Origin: Polyangiaceae bacterium
GTDB lineage: Bacteria; Myxococcota_A; Polyangia; Polyangiales; Polyangiaceae
Assembly (NCBI GenBank): GCA_044222475.1
Contig: JBGANF010000035.1
Span: 1-64,000 of the forward strand
Direction of reading: 5' to 3'
DNA: 64,000 nucleotides
Position 1 is the stretch's first letter; the number at the start of each line of letters is the position of its first letter. The translations under genes and the position numbers were made by a program. The notes beneath the pieces are model-generated. The model was not told the origin of the DNA, searched no databases, and saw only the letters and a program-made list of their open reading frames with translations. Positions 21,454-31,946 of this stretch are shown piece after piece.

Positions 21454-24267
21454 TCAGTCGAGCCGAGGCAGGACGACGACCTCGAGCTTCGGATCGAGGA
21501 GGTAGCCGCCATCACGGCTGACGATCACGTCGCGCAAGCCCAGCTTGCGCAACGTCCCGAGCGCGACGTACACGCGCCCCGCTCCCGCGTCTCGGAGCAC
21601 GCGCTCGCCGGGCCAACCGGCGGCGAGGAGATCGTCGACCGTCGACACCCGGTCCTTGTCCTTCCGGTGCGCTTCGATCAGGTGAAGGAGGAGAAGACGC
21701 ACGGGGCGGCGCTTCTCGAGCGAAAGCTTCTCGGTCGTCGGGAGCCACACCGTCCCGGCGTCGTGGCTGACGGTGAGCGCGCCCATCGTCGGCTTGACGA
21801 TCCGCGCCGACGGGCGGTCGAGCGCTCGAACGAGCATCCGCACGGCGACGGGCACGTCGTCGACCGCCTGAGCCGGCGCCGACGCGATGCGCGATCGCAC
21901 CGAGTCGCGGAGGCGCGAGATCTCGGTGCTCGCCTTCGCGCCCCCGGACTCCTCGAGCTGGCGGGCGCGGCCGAGCTCGACGAACGCACGCTGGAGCGAG
22001 AGCGCGGCCGTCCACGCGCCGCCCTTCGGCGACGCCTCGGCCCGAGCGACGAGCGCTTCCCCTTCGTCGACGTGCCCCATCGTCGCCAGCACCGCGCCGA
22101 GCTGCCCGGTGAAGAACACCTCGTGCGATGCGTCCCCGACCTGACCCAACATGCGCACGACCCGCTCGAGGCGGGACCGCGCTTCCTCGAGGCGACCGGT
22201 CTCGAAGTCGACGCTCGCGAGGTTTCCGAGCGAGACGGCTTCGAGGCGGCGGATCCCCGCCCGCGAGACGATGTCGAACGCAGCCTCGAAGTTCGCGCGC
22301 GCGTCGTCGAGCTCGCCGAGCTGGTTGTACAGCGTGCCGAGGTTTCCGCGGAACGGGCCGGCGACGTTGGGGTCCGCGGCGTCGACCAGCGGCAACGCCT
22401 CTTCGTAGCGCGCGCGCGCACGGCTCAGCTCGCCTCGCCGCTGGTGCAGCGTCGCGAGCGTTCCGAGCGCGTCGGCGAGCTGGCGGGTGTTGCCCAGCCG
22501 CTCGAAGATGTCACGCGCCTTCTCGGCCGCTTCGAGCGCGAGGTCCGTCTCCTGCCGTTGACGGTGGGTCATGGCGATGCGCGCCAGGATGCGCGCCTCG
22601 AGCGCGTCGTCCTTGCGGTCGCGCGCGAGGGCGAGCGCGCTCGCGTAGTGACCCAGAGACTCGTCCGCGCGACCCGCGGCGTGGAGCGCGCTCCCGAGAC
22701 CGAGCAACGCGAGCGCTTCGATGCGCTTCGACCCCAGCGACCGCGCGATCGCGAGCGCTCGCTCGTAGTCGCGCGCGCTCGCCATCGCGTCACCTGCGCG
22801 ACGATGAGCGTCGCCCCGGGCGCAGAGGATCTCGAGCGCGGGCTCGTCGTCGGGAGCGAACGCTGCGAGGACCTCGTCGTCGATCGCGACCTCGGCGCGC
22901 GCGCGACCGGCGAAGACCGCCGCCACCAGCGACGCGACCGCGAGCCCGGGACCACGAGCGCCGGTCGCGATCGCGTGACGCATCGCCGCGACGACGTCGC
23001 TCTGCTCGAGCGCGAGGCGAGCGCGGTACGACGCCGCGTGCGGCCCCTCGAACCCAGCGAGCCAACCGGGCGCGGACCGAGCGAAGTAGGCGAGGTGTCG
23101 ATCACGGGCGCCGCGTTCGCGACCCAGCTCGCGCGCCTTCTCCCCGGCGTACTCGCGGATCGTCTCGTAGAGACCGAAGCGGACCTCGTCGCCGGCGCGC
23201 CTCGCGAAGACCAGCGAGGCCTGCCGGAGCCGCTCGATCACCGGCAGCACCGGGCCGGCGACGTGCTCGGCCGCTTCGAGGGTGAACCCGGCCGCGAACA
23301 CGGACACGTCGGCGAGGACGTCCCGCTCTTCGTCACCCAAGAGCTCCCATGACCCATCGAGCGCCACCCGCATCGACGCCTGGCGATCGCGCGCTCCGCG
23401 AGCGCCACCGACGAGGATCTCGAACCGCTTCGCGAGCCTCTCGAGGAGCTGCTTCGGTGAGAGGACCGCCAGCCTCGACGCAGCGAGCTCGATCGCGAGA
23501 GCGTTGCCGTCGAGCCGCCGGACGATCTCCGCGATCGCAGCGACGTCGTCCGGGGTGGTCTCCAACTCGCCCCGCACGAGGCGCGCGCGATCGAGGAACA
23601 GCTGCACCGCCTCGGCGCCGCTCGGATCGGCCGAGTCCGCCGCCGGCATCTCGAGCGGGTCGAGGAAGAGGCACGCTTCACCGACGACGCGGAGCTGCAC
23701 GCGCGAGGTCACGACCACGTGCGCCTTGCGCGCCATCCCGCTCCACGCGGCTGCCGTCTCGGCGGCGACCGCCACCGCACTCTCGAAGTTGTCGAGGATC
23801 AGCAGCACGCGTCCACGCGCGTCGAGGGCATACCCGATCGCGTCGACGTCGGTTCGTCCGCTGATCCCGAGCACCCGTCCGACGACCGCGCACACCTCCT
23901 CGACCGTGCGCGCATCGCTGAGATCGCAGAAGAACACCGCGTCGTACGCGCTCGCTCGGAGCTCGGCGTGGCGCAGCGCAAGCCGAGTCTTACCCATGCC
24001 CGCCGGCCCGAGGATCGTGACGAGCCGCGCTCCGTCGGCGAGGATCTTCTGCAGCGCCACGTCGCGCCGCCCGAAGAACCTCGTCGGTTGGCCGAGGAGC
24101 TCGCGCGCAGCGCCTCGTACGTCGGGTGCTTTCGGTGCGTCGCCCTCTGCCTCGGTCTTCCACCGCCGACCGGTGCGCTCGGACACTCCGGCGCGCTCGG
24201 CCGCGACCCGATGGTCGCCCGTGCGCGCGAGCCACTCGCGGAACACGGTGCGCTTGCTCGACGTCAA
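21454..24267 (-). CDS. STAND/NB-ARC ATPase with TPRs, N-terminal HTH and C-terminal winged-helix-like domain
   Basis: AAERAGVSERTGRRW (HTH), GPAGMGKT (Walker A), LLILDNFE (Walker B), LDGNALAIELAA, TPR array, WPGE..RVYVALGTLRKLG..GGYLL. Confidence 0.85.
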   Translation of the reverse strand: MTSSKRTVFREWLARTGDHRVAAERAGVSERTGRRWKTEAEGDAPKAPDVRGAARELLGQPTRFFGRRDVALQKILADGARLVTILGPAGMGKTRLALRHAELRASAYDAVFFCDLSDARTVEEVCAVVGRVLGISGRTDVDAIGYALDARGRVLLILDNFESAVAVAAETAAAWSGMARKAHVVVTSRVQLRVVGEACLFLDPLEMPAADSADPSGAEAVQLFLDRARLVRGELETTPDDVAAIAEIVRRLDGNALAIELAASRLAVLSPKQLLERLAKRFEILVGGARGARDRQASMRVALDGSWELLGDEERDVLADVSVFAAGFTLEAAEHVAGPVLPVIERLRQASLVFARRAGDEVRFGLYETIREYAGEKARELGRERGARDRHLAYFARSAPGWLAGFEGPHAASYRARLALEQSDVVAAMRHAIATGARGPGLAVASLVAAVFAGRARAEVAIDDEVLAAFAPDDEPALEILCARGDAHRRAGDAMASARDYERALAIARSLGSKRIEALALLGLGSALHAAGRADESLGHYASALALARDRKDDALEARILARIAMTHRQRQETDLALEAAEKARDIFERLGNTRQLADALGTLATLHQRRGELSRARARYEEALPLVDAADPNVAGPFRGNLGTLYNQLGELDDARANFEAAFDIVSRAGIRRLEAVSLGNLASVDFETGRLEEARSRLERVVRMLGQVGDASHEVFFTGQLGAVLATMGHVDEGEALVARAEASPKGGAWTAALSLQRAFVELGRARQLEESGGAKASTEISRLRDSVRSRIASAPAQAVDDVPVAVRMLVRALDRPSARIVKPTMGALTVSHDAGTVWLPTTEKLSLEKRRPVRLLLLHLIEAHRKDKDRVSTVDDLLAAGWPGERVLRDAGAGRVYVALGTLRKLGLRDVIVSRDGGYLLDPKLEVVVLPRLD

Positions 24268-24289
24268 GGGAGCACGTTGCGACCGAAGC

Positions 24290-24859
24290 TCACGGCTTGG
24301 CCTCGAATTCGAAGGGATAGACGACGGTCACCGTGCCGCCGTCGGGCGCGGGGAACGTCATCTTTCGGATCTCCGCGCGGACGCACTCGATCACCTCCGG
24401 GCTCGCGAGCTGGGAGCCATCGTCCTGAGCGTTCGCCACTCGACCGTCGGCCGCGATGGTGAACTTGATCTTCACAGTCCCCTTGAGCGCGGGATCCTTC
24501 TTGAGCCCACGCTCGTAGCAGGCGCGCACCTGCGAGATCGACGCCCGCACCGTGCGGGCGATCACCTCGGGCGGGAGCTTGCCCGTGACGCTCGAGCCAC
24601 CGGCACCGATCGAGCCTTTGTCCTTGCCACCCTCGTCGCACGCCGGCTTCTCCGCCGTGCACACGCCGTCGGGATCAGCCTGCCCGCCGCCGGGGACCGT
24701 GCCCGTCGGCGTCGCTTGGAGCTGACCGGATCCCGTCGCCCCCACGTCCGTCTTCTTGCTCGCGTCCGACGCTCCCCCGGGCGGTGCCGCCGCTCCGCCG
24801 CACGCAGCCATTGCGAGCGCGATCATCGAGAGGGGCACCGCGAAGAACCACCGCTTCAT
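24290..24859 (-). CDS. Lipoprotein with AgmX/PglI C-terminal (TonB_C-like) domain
   Basis: Lipobox MAAC; VRACYE..L..DP.L.G.V.IKFTI..DG.V..C..FPAP.GG.V.V.YPF. Confidence 0.8.
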   Translation of the reverse strand: MKRWFFAVPLSMIALAMAACGGAAAPPGGASDASKKTDVGATGSGQLQATPTGTVPGGGQADPDGVCTAEKPACDEGGKDKGSIGAGGSSVTGKLPPEVIARTVRASISQVRACYERGLKKDPALKGTVKIKFTIAADGRVANAQDDGSQLASPEVIECVRAEIRKMTFPAPDGGTVTVVYPFEFEAKP

Positions 24860-24875
24860 CGAGGCCCAGCTTACC

Positions 24876-26378
24876 TCAGTGTGGAGCTTTGACCGTCTCG
24901 AAGCGGTAGGGCAGGTCGACGATGACCTCGCCCCCGACCGGCTTCGGAAAACGCCACGTGCGGATCTCGTCGAAGACGCAGCTTCGAAAGACCGGATCGT
25001 GGATGGTGGAGCCCGCGTCGTTCACGGTCCGCACCGTGCCGTCGAGGCCGATGACGAACCGGACCACGATCGTCCCCTCGACCGCCGAGTTCCGGCGGAC
25101 CGCTTCGTTGTAACATGCACGCACGTTCGCCGAGTGATCGCCGATCACCTTCTGCGCCGCGCCGTCCGGGAGCTTGCCCTCCGGCGGCAGCGCGGGGACG
25201 ACGTGGGTCGGCGTGACGGTGGGCGCCGCCTCCGCAGCGGCGTCGCTCGCCGTAGGGGCCGGAGCAGCGTCCTGGATCGCGCTCGGCGGCGGCGCGGTCG
25301 TGACCGCAGAGACCGACACGACCGGGGTGGGAGGCAACGGTGGCTTCTTGCGCAACACCCACCACGCCGTGATCCCACACCCCGCGAGGACGATGAACCC
25401 GAGCGTGGCCGCGACGTACGTGAACACCGCGGACGGGTCGCCCCCGGCGCCGCGGCTCGACGGAGCGCCTGGCTGCGAGCGGCTGCTCGTCGGCCCGGCG
25501 CCCGCGAGGACCGGGAGCAGCACTTGGAGCGCCTCGTCGACGGTGCGGAAGCGCGCGCTCGGATCGCGGACGACCGCGCGCGCGAACCAGGCGTCGAAAC
25601 CGGGCGGAAGCGTCTTCCCCATCGACGCCGCGCGCTGCGAGGGCGGCACGAGGTCGTCGAACAGGACCTCCTTGAGGATCGCCGCGACCGTCGGCGACCC
25701 GATCTGCACGCAGCGCCAGTACGAGCTTCCGACGAGGAGATAGTACACGACGAGCCCGAGCGACCAGATGTCGGCCGCGTAGCTCACCGGACCCGGCTCG
25801 GTCTGTTCCGGCGCGAGCCACAGCGGCGACCCCATCGCGATCGTGTTCGTGGTCCCGTCGGCGAGGAGCTTCGCGATGCCGAAGTCGAGGATCTTCACCG
25901 AGAGCGACGAATCGGCGCGCCGCTCGCGCGCGAGAAAGACGTTCTCCGGCTTCAGATCCCGGTGGACGATGCCGGCGGCGTGGGCGGCGGCGAGCGCATG
26001 CCCGAGCTGGGACACGATCGTCGCCACCTCGTGCGGAGGAAACGCTCCGTTCGCGCGGACCGCGCGTCCGAGGTCCTGACCCTCGAGGTGCTCCATGACG
26101 AGGTACGGCAAGCCGGTCGCCTCGTCGATCCCCGCAGCGTGGACGTCGACGACGTGGGAGCTCCCGATCTTCGCGCCGATGCGCGCCTCCTGGACGAAGC
26201 GACCACGGAGGTCGGCGTTCTCCACCAGCTGCGGATGCATCACCTTCAAGGCGCGCTCGCGTCCGGTCGAGATCTGGTGCACGGCGTACACCGCGCCCAT
26301 CCCGCCGTGGGCGATCAACGCGCCGACCCGGTAGTCTCCCGCGAAGATCGTACCCTCCTGGAGGACGGGCCGCGTCAT
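24876..26378 (-). CDS. Membrane Ser/Thr protein kinase with extracytoplasmic AgmX/PglI-type domain
   Basis: [31 protein letters not shown]; one TM helix; C-terminal VRACYNE..FPKPVGG; ATG 26378 overlaps the upstream TGA. Confidence 0.9.
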   Translation of the reverse strand: MTRPVLQEGTIFAGDYRVGALIAHGGMGAVYAVHQISTGRERALKVMHPQLVENADLRGRFVQEARIGAKIGSSHVVDVHAAGIDEATGLPYLVMEHLEGQDLGRAVRANGAFPPHEVATIVSQLGHALAAAHAAGIVHRDLKPENVFLARERRADSSLSVKILDFGIAKLLADGTTNTIAMGSPLWLAPEQTEPGPVSYAADIWSLGLVVYYLLVGSSYWRCVQIGSPTVAAILKEVLFDDLVPPSQRAASMGKTLPPGFDAWFARAVVRDPSARFRTVDEALQVLLPVLAGAGPTSSRSQPGAPSSRGAGGDPSAVFTYVAATLGFIVLAGCGITAWWVLRKKPPLPPTPVVSVSAVTTAPPPSAIQDAAPAPTASDAAAEAAPTVTPTHVVPALPPEGKLPDGAAQKVIGDHSANVRACYNEAVRRNSAVEGTIVVRFVIGLDGTVRTVNDAGSTIHDPVFRSCVFDEIRTWRFPKPVGGEVIVDLPYRFETVKAPH

Positions 26379-28168
26379 TCGGCTGCCCGGACCTCGTAGG
26401 TGATCGCATACGCGTGACCGTGCGCATCGCTCGCGCGGAGCTTGCCCGAGCGCGCGACGAAGCTCTCGTCCTTCCCGCGAGCGAGAAAGTCGACCGCCCA
26501 CGGGATCGGGTCGTCCTGGTCGACGAAGAACCCCGGGTCCTTCTCGACGCCGAAGCACCACACCTCGCCGTCGAGGTGGGGATCGATCTCGAGCTTCGTA
26601 CCATCGAGGGACAACACGTCGCCGTCGTGAACGCCGGTGAACGTCATGGAGGCACCGACGCCGTCGACGCCGAACGTGAGCTCCAGCTCGGCACCATCCC
26701 GCGTGTCGCCTTCGTCGATGCGCTCGACGGTGCAGGACTTGAACTCGATCCGCTGTCGCGGGAGCGCCTTCGCTGGGTGGCGCGGCACGTCGACCTGAGG
26801 CCCGAACTCGGTCGAGCGGAGGTGGCCGGTCCACGTCTCGAAGCGCCGCCGCTCGCCGCGCTTCGCCTCCTCGTCGTGGTAGCAGAAGACCGTCGTGTAG
26901 CTCCGGAGGCGACCGAAGGCGCGGGCCTTCCCCGAGTCGACGCGGGTACGCCACGTCCCGGAGTCGACGAAGTACGCCGCGTCCACCGTCGCGCCCCGGT
27001 GCCCGGGGAGCGCGACTTGATCCGGCTGGTGGGTGTGGCCGGCGACGACGAGGTGAATCTCGCCAGTCGCGAGCCCGGGCTCGGACGCCGCGTGATGCGC
27101 GGGGCCCTCGCCTTCGCCTTCGAGCGAGTCGAACGCCTGCATGATCTTCGCGACCAGCGTGGCGGGAAATTTCGCCAGCGCCTCGTCGATGAGCGGCCCG
27201 ACGACGCCGCTGAACAACGCACCGTGTCCGAGGCGGGTCATCTCGCCGACGAGGAACGGATCGCGGCGCGCCGTCTCGAAGATGTCGCGCAGCATCGGAC
27301 GCAGGAGCTCGAACGCGCGCTCCTCGGTTCCGTGGACCGCGTCCGCGAGGTAGCGCACGAGCGCGGACTGGGGCCGCACGTCGTCGAACTCGGCGAGGGC
27401 GGCGTAGATCCTGCGGTAGGCGTCGCCATCCGGGCTCGGCATGCGCAGCTCGCGGGCGTAGTGTGCGCGGAACGAGACCGCCAGCCGCGTGCAGAGATCG
27501 ACGCTGGCCCAGTCCCCCAGCACGGGGGTTCGGTACACGCTCTCGAGTGGCTCGCCCTTCGTCGGATCGAACGGCAACGCGAAGTTCTGAGCGTCGTACT
27601 CGTGCCCGTGGCGGACGCGAACGCCGTAGCCGGTCGACAGCGGCCAGTCGAGCACGTGAGGAAAGCGCGCTTGGGCGTCACCGCCCGGCGCGGCCACACG
27701 AAGCAGCTCGCGAACGCGAGCCCGCGCCTCGGGGAACTCGTTCACCAGCCGGTCGTGGTTTCCCGGCAGGTAGTGGCTCGTCACCGGAACGCCCGCGATT
27801 CCCCGGTCGACCAGGCGCCGGACGGCCGCGAAGAACCCCTCGCACTCGCCGGCGATGAGCTCCAGGATCTCGAGGGTCGCCGCGCGAAGCTCGTTCGTCG
27901 ACCCCGAGTGGCTGGGGCGAAGGGTTCGGCCGCCGAGCATCCACCACGGTGTGCGGTGGATCTCGAACACGTCGCCGGCAAAGACCAGCTCGATCGCCTT
28001 GGCCTCGGTCGCCTCGACGCTGGTCTCGATCTCGCCGGCGAGCGTCTCGAGTGACGATGCGCGGACGTTGCGCACGACCTCGGTCGTGAGGATGCGGTCG
28101 CCGTCACGCCGCCGGACTCCATCATGCGTGGTGTGCTGTAGGTGGAGATCGCTGAGGACGACGATCAT
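26375..28168 (-). CDS. Calcineurin-like metallophosphoesterase with C-terminal extension
   Basis: SDLH, GDVFE, GNHD, HGH, GHTH, DSGTW motifs. Confidence 0.85.
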   Translation of the reverse strand: MIVVLSDLHLQHTTHDGVRRRDGDRILTTEVVRNVRASSLETLAGEIETSVEATEAKAIELVFAGDVFEIHRTPWWMLGGRTLRPSHSGSTNELRAATLEILELIAGECEGFFAAVRRLVDRGIAGVPVTSHYLPGNHDRLVNEFPEARARVRELLRVAAPGGDAQARFPHVLDWPLSTGYGVRVRHGHEYDAQNFALPFDPTKGEPLESVYRTPVLGDWASVDLCTRLAVSFRAHYARELRMPSPDGDAYRRIYAALAEFDDVRPQSALVRYLADAVHGTEERAFELLRPMLRDIFETARRDPFLVGEMTRLGHGALFSGVVGPLIDEALAKFPATLVAKIMQAFDSLEGEGEGPAHHAASEPGLATGEIHLVVAGHTHQPDQVALPGHRGATVDAAYFVDSGTWRTRVDSGKARAFGRLRSYTTVFCYHDEEAKRGERRRFETWTGHLRSTEFGPQVDVPRHPAKALPRQRIEFKSCTVERIDEGDTRDGAELELTFGVDGVGASMTFTGVHDGDVLSLDGTKLEIDPHLDGEVWCFGVEKDPGFFVDQDDPIPWAVDFLARGKDESFVARSGKLRASDAHGHAYAITYEVRAAE

Positions 28169-28225
28169 GAGGCCCCGAACATTTCTCCCGCGTCAGCCTA
28201 CCACCGGTTCGCTATCCTCGGCGCC

Positions 28226-30463
28226 ATGCCGACGACCCTGTCGTTTCACGAACGGATGGAAGGATTCTTCGCCTTCGGGGTGAAGGACCCCGTCGCCGCC
28301 GCCGCTGCCGGCCAAGCGGCTGGCTCCAACTTCGCGTTCGAGGTCACGATCCAGACGGACGATCTCGATCGGTTCGTCGACGATCCGAGGCACACCGCCG
28401 CCGTCACCGGCTTCTACTCCGCGAACTTCGGCCCGTTCGTCGGCAAGCCGTTCGTGAAGGTGAAGAAGGGCATCTTCAACTTCATGAGCCCGGGCCCCGG
28501 ACAAGAGAAGCTGATGGAGCACCATCACCTCTTCGAGATCGACGGGAAGCTCTACCGACTCGACGGTGAGAAGCACCTCGAGAACGAGCCGGGGACGTGG
28601 GACGAGTGGTACGACCTCACGACGCTCTTCACGACCATCGCGACGATGGATCCGGGTGAGGCCTTCGACCCGTACGCTCCGGTGAAGAAGGCGAACATCA
28701 TCGCCGCCGGGATCACGCGCTTCCCTGCGAAGGACACGCTCAAGCTCCTCCGCAGCTTCCAGGTCAGCGGGACGAGTGACCCTTGGGCGGCGCGGCTCAA
28801 GTTCCTCCGCCTGTTCCTCGGCAGCGAAGCCAAGGTGCTCCTCTCGGCGTTCGAGCCTTTCCGCGCCGAGCACCTGCGCCGGCAGCTGTCGGCGCCCAAG
28901 AAGACGCTCGAGGACCGCTACGACGTCGTGGTCATCGGATCGGGGTACGGCGGCGGGGTCGCAGCGGCGCGGTTGTCGGCACCTGGTACCAAAAAGGTAT
29001 GTCTCTTGGAGCGCGGGCGCGAATACCGCGCCGGCGCCTTCCCCGACGAGTCGTGGGAGGTTCCCGACGCGCTTCGCTTCGACGAGAACCCGCTCGGCCT
29101 CTACGAGTTCCACGTCGACCCGCACATCAAGGCGCTCGTCGGCAACGGCCTCGGCGGAACGTCGCTCATCAACGCGAGCGTCATGCTCCGACCCGACGAT
29201 GGCGTGTTGAACACCGCGCCGTGGCCGAAGGCGCTCCCGGATCTCGCGCCGTACTTCGATCGCGCCGAGGCGGTGCTCGCGCCCCAACCGCACCCCGCGC
29301 CGCCGCTGAAGTCGTTCGCCTTCCGCCGCGCCGCCGAGGCGGCCGGCAAGGGCGTCCATCGGACCGGGCTCGTCCCCATCGCCGTCACCTTCGCCGACAC
29401 CGAGCGCAAGGCCGCTGGGCTGACCCAACCGGCGTGCGTCGGGTGCGGCGGCTGCGTGACCGGCTGCAACTTCGGGGCGAAGAACTCGACCGACATGAAC
29501 TACGTCGCCATCGCCGAGAAGCAGGGCGCGAAGATCTTCACCCAGGTCGAGGTGAAGACCATCGAGCCGATCGCCGGCGGGTTCGCCATCCACGCGTGGG
29601 ACCACGAGCGGAGGGAGGCGAAGCGCATCGTGGCGAAGGAGGTCGTCCTCTCCGCCGGGACGTACGGTACGTTCGGCATCCTCGCGCGCAGCCGCGCCGC
29701 CCACGGGCTCGCGGTGTCCGCCAAGCTCGGCAACGGCTTCAGCGGCAACGGCGACGTCCTCGGCTTCGGCTACAACACCGCCCTCTCGACGATGATCACC
29801 GAAGGCCCCACGATCACGAGCGCCGCCCACTACGCCAAGGACGAACCGCCGCGCCATCGATTGATGATCCAAGAGGGCGGGATCCCGCGAGCCATGATCC
29901 CCTTCTTCCGCACCGCCATGCCGGCCGCAGGCCTCTTCACGGGCATCGACACCGCGCACGGGATCTGGAATGCAGTGAAGGGATTCTTCCGAGCGGCGGG
30001 CGACGTCGTCGGGATCGAGCAGAACGGCGCGATGAACCACTCCTTCCTCTTCTTCGGAATGGGCTTCGAGGAGGACTCGGGCACGCTCAGCCTCGAGAAC
30101 GGCAAGGTTCGCGTCACCTGGCCGAACGTCGCCAACGAGGAGTTCGCGAAGCGGGCCGACGAGCGGATGCTCGCGATCACCGCCGCCGCGAAGGGCGTCT
30201 ACGTCGACAACCCGCTCTCACGGCAGTTCCTCGGCGACAGCCTCATCACCGCGCATCCGATCGGCGGGTGCGCGATGGCGGACGACGACACTGGCGGCGT
30301 CGTCGACGCGAAGGGCCAGGTGTTCGGACAGAAAGGCCTCTACGTCGCCGACGGATCCATCCTCGCGACGCCGCTCGGCGCGAACCCCGCTCTGACGATC
30401 GCCGCGCTCGCGGAGTGGATCAGCGAGCAGATCGTGGCTGCATGGGCCCAGGCCCCAGGGTGA
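28226..30463 (+). CDS. GMC-family oxidoreductase, cholesterol-oxidase-like
   Basis: VVVIGSGYGG (FAD), LERG, GLGGTSLINA, CVGCGGCVTGC, TAHPIGGC, GLYVADGS..GANPALTI; extra N-terminal domain. Confidence 0.85.
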   Translation: MPTTLSFHERMEGFFAFGVKDPVAAAAAGQAAGSNFAFEVTIQTDDLDRFVDDPRHTAAVTGFYSANFGPFVGKPFVKVKKGIFNFMSPGPGQEKLMEHHHLFEIDGKLYRLDGEKHLENEPGTWDEWYDLTTLFTTIATMDPGEAFDPYAPVKKANIIAAGITRFPAKDTLKLLRSFQVSGTSDPWAARLKFLRLFLGSEAKVLLSAFEPFRAEHLRRQLSAPKKTLEDRYDVVVIGSGYGGGVAAARLSAPGTKKVCLLERGREYRAGAFPDESWEVPDALRFDENPLGLYEFHVDPHIKALVGNGLGGTSLINASVMLRPDDGVLNTAPWPKALPDLAPYFDRAEAVLAPQPHPAPPLKSFAFRRAAEAAGKGVHRTGLVPIAVTFADTERKAAGLTQPACVGCGGCVTGCNFGAKNSTDMNYVAIAEKQGAKIFTQVEVKTIEPIAGGFAIHAWDHERREAKRIVAKEVVLSAGTYGTFGILARSRAAHGLAVSAKLGNGFSGNGDVLGFGYNTALSTMITEGPTITSAAHYAKDEPPRHRLMIQEGGIPRAMIPFFRTAMPAAGLFTGIDTAHGIWNAVKGFFRAAGDVVGIEQNGAMNHSFLFFGMGFEEDSGTLSLENGKVRVTWPNVANEEFAKRADERMLAITAAAKGVYVDNPLSRQFLGDSLITAHPIGGCAMADDDTGGVVDAKGQVFGQKGLYVADGSILATPLGANPALTIAALAEWISEQIVAAWAQAPG

Positions 30464-30467
30464 GTGC

Positions 30468-31946
30468 GTGACCGAAGCGATGGAGATGGACGACGAAGAA
30501 GCGGCGCGCGCGCGCGTGGGCGCGGTGCTCAACGACAAGTGGACGCTGGAGAAGCTCCTCGGTGTCGGTGGGATGGCCGCGGTCTACGAAGCGCGGCACC
30601 GGAACGGGGCGCGCGCGGCGATCAAGGTCCTGCACCGCGCGCTCTCGCTCGAGCCGACGCTCCGCGAGCGCTTCGTGCACGAAGGCTACGCGGCGAACCG
30701 GGTCGAGCACGCCGACGTCGTGAAGATCCTCGACGACGACACGATCCAGGGCGGTGACGACGACGGCGTGCCGTTCCTCGTCCTCGAGCTCCTCGAAGGA
30801 CGCTCGCTCGAGGATCGTCTCGGCGAGAAGCCCCCGGTGACCGAGCGCGAGCTCCTCGAGATGGTCGACACCGTTCTCGGCGTGCTCGAGTCGGCGCACG
30901 CGCGAGGGATCATCCACCGCGACCTCAAGCCCGAGAACCTGTTCCTCGTCGCCGATCCCGAGAGCGGACGCGTGCGGGTCAAGGTCGTCGACTTCGGCAT
31001 CGCACGGAGCATGGAGGGCCGCGGCGCGACGGTCCACGGCATCCCCATGGGGACGCCCGCGTTCATGGCGCCGGAGCAGGCCTCGGGCCGCATCGACGAC
31101 ATCGACGGGCGAACGGATCTCTTCGCCCTCGGATCGACGATGTTCACCGTCCTCGCGGGTCGCGCGGTGCACGAGGGCGAGGACCCGCTCGACGTGATGT
31201 ACCGCGTCGCGAAGGAGCAAGCCGTCCCGATCCGCAGCGTCGCCCCGAACGTCTCGGAGGCGTGCGCGCGCATCGTCGACCGCGCCCTCCGCCTCGATCG
31301 CAACGAACGCTACGCCGACGCCGCCGAGATGCGCGCCGACGTCCGCGCGATCCTCGCGACGCCGGTCGAGGAGTCCCCTCCGCCCCCCGTGCCGAGCCAA
31401 CGGTCCGAGCCCCGCGTCGCGTCGCTCGCGAACGCCGACACGATCATGGCCGCGCCTCCTCCCGCGGTGGTGGCGCACGAGTCGGTGCCGCCGCCGCCGA
31501 AGAGCGGCTGCGCGATCTGGGTCCTGCTCGTCCTCGCGCTCGGCGCCGTCGCGCTCGTTGCCGTGTGGTTCGCCCTCGGCCAACCGTGGCCGCCGTTCGC
31601 GACGAGCGCGGCGGACGGGGGCGCCGTCGAAGCGGGCGCTGGCGACGCCGCCGAAGAGCGCCCCGCGCCGAGCGCGTCGGCTTCGGTGCCCGCGGTGGTC
31701 GACGCTGCGCCACCGCCCGTCATCGATGCGGCGGCCGAAGCTGCCGCGGACGACGAACCCGACGCGACCACCGGCGACGCCGGCCCGGCCGACGGAGCTC
31801 TCGCGCTCGACGCGGGCGACGGCGGCGCGAAGCCGGCTACGTCGGCCGCACCCACGACGAAGCCCACCGTCCCAGGCCCCACGGTGACGACGAAGCCCAC
31901 GGTCACGGCGCACCCGACGACGACGAAGCCGAAGCCGAAGCACTGA
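30468..31946 (+). CDS. Membrane Ser/Thr protein kinase
   Basis: [34 protein letters not shown] helix and Ala/Pro/Thr-rich tail. Confidence 0.92.
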   Translation: MTEAMEMDDEEAARARVGAVLNDKWTLEKLLGVGGMAAVYEARHRNGARAAIKVLHRALSLEPTLRERFVHEGYAANRVEHADVVKILDDDTIQGGDDDGVPFLVLELLEGRSLEDRLGEKPPVTERELLEMVDTVLGVLESAHARGIIHRDLKPENLFLVADPESGRVRVKVVDFGIARSMEGRGATVHGIPMGTPAFMAPEQASGRIDDIDGRTDLFALGSTMFTVLAGRAVHEGEDPLDVMYRVAKEQAVPIRSVAPNVSEACARIVDRALRLDRNERYADAAEMRADVRAILATPVEESPPPPVPSQRSEPRVASLANADTIMAAPPPAVVAHESVPPPPKSGCAIWVLLVLALGAVALVAVWFALGQPWPPFATSAADGGAVEAGAGDAAEERPAPSASASVPAVVDAAPPPVIDAAAEAAADDEPDATTGDAGPADGALALDAGDGGAKPATSAAPTTKPTVPGPTVTTKPTVTAHPTTTKPKPKH

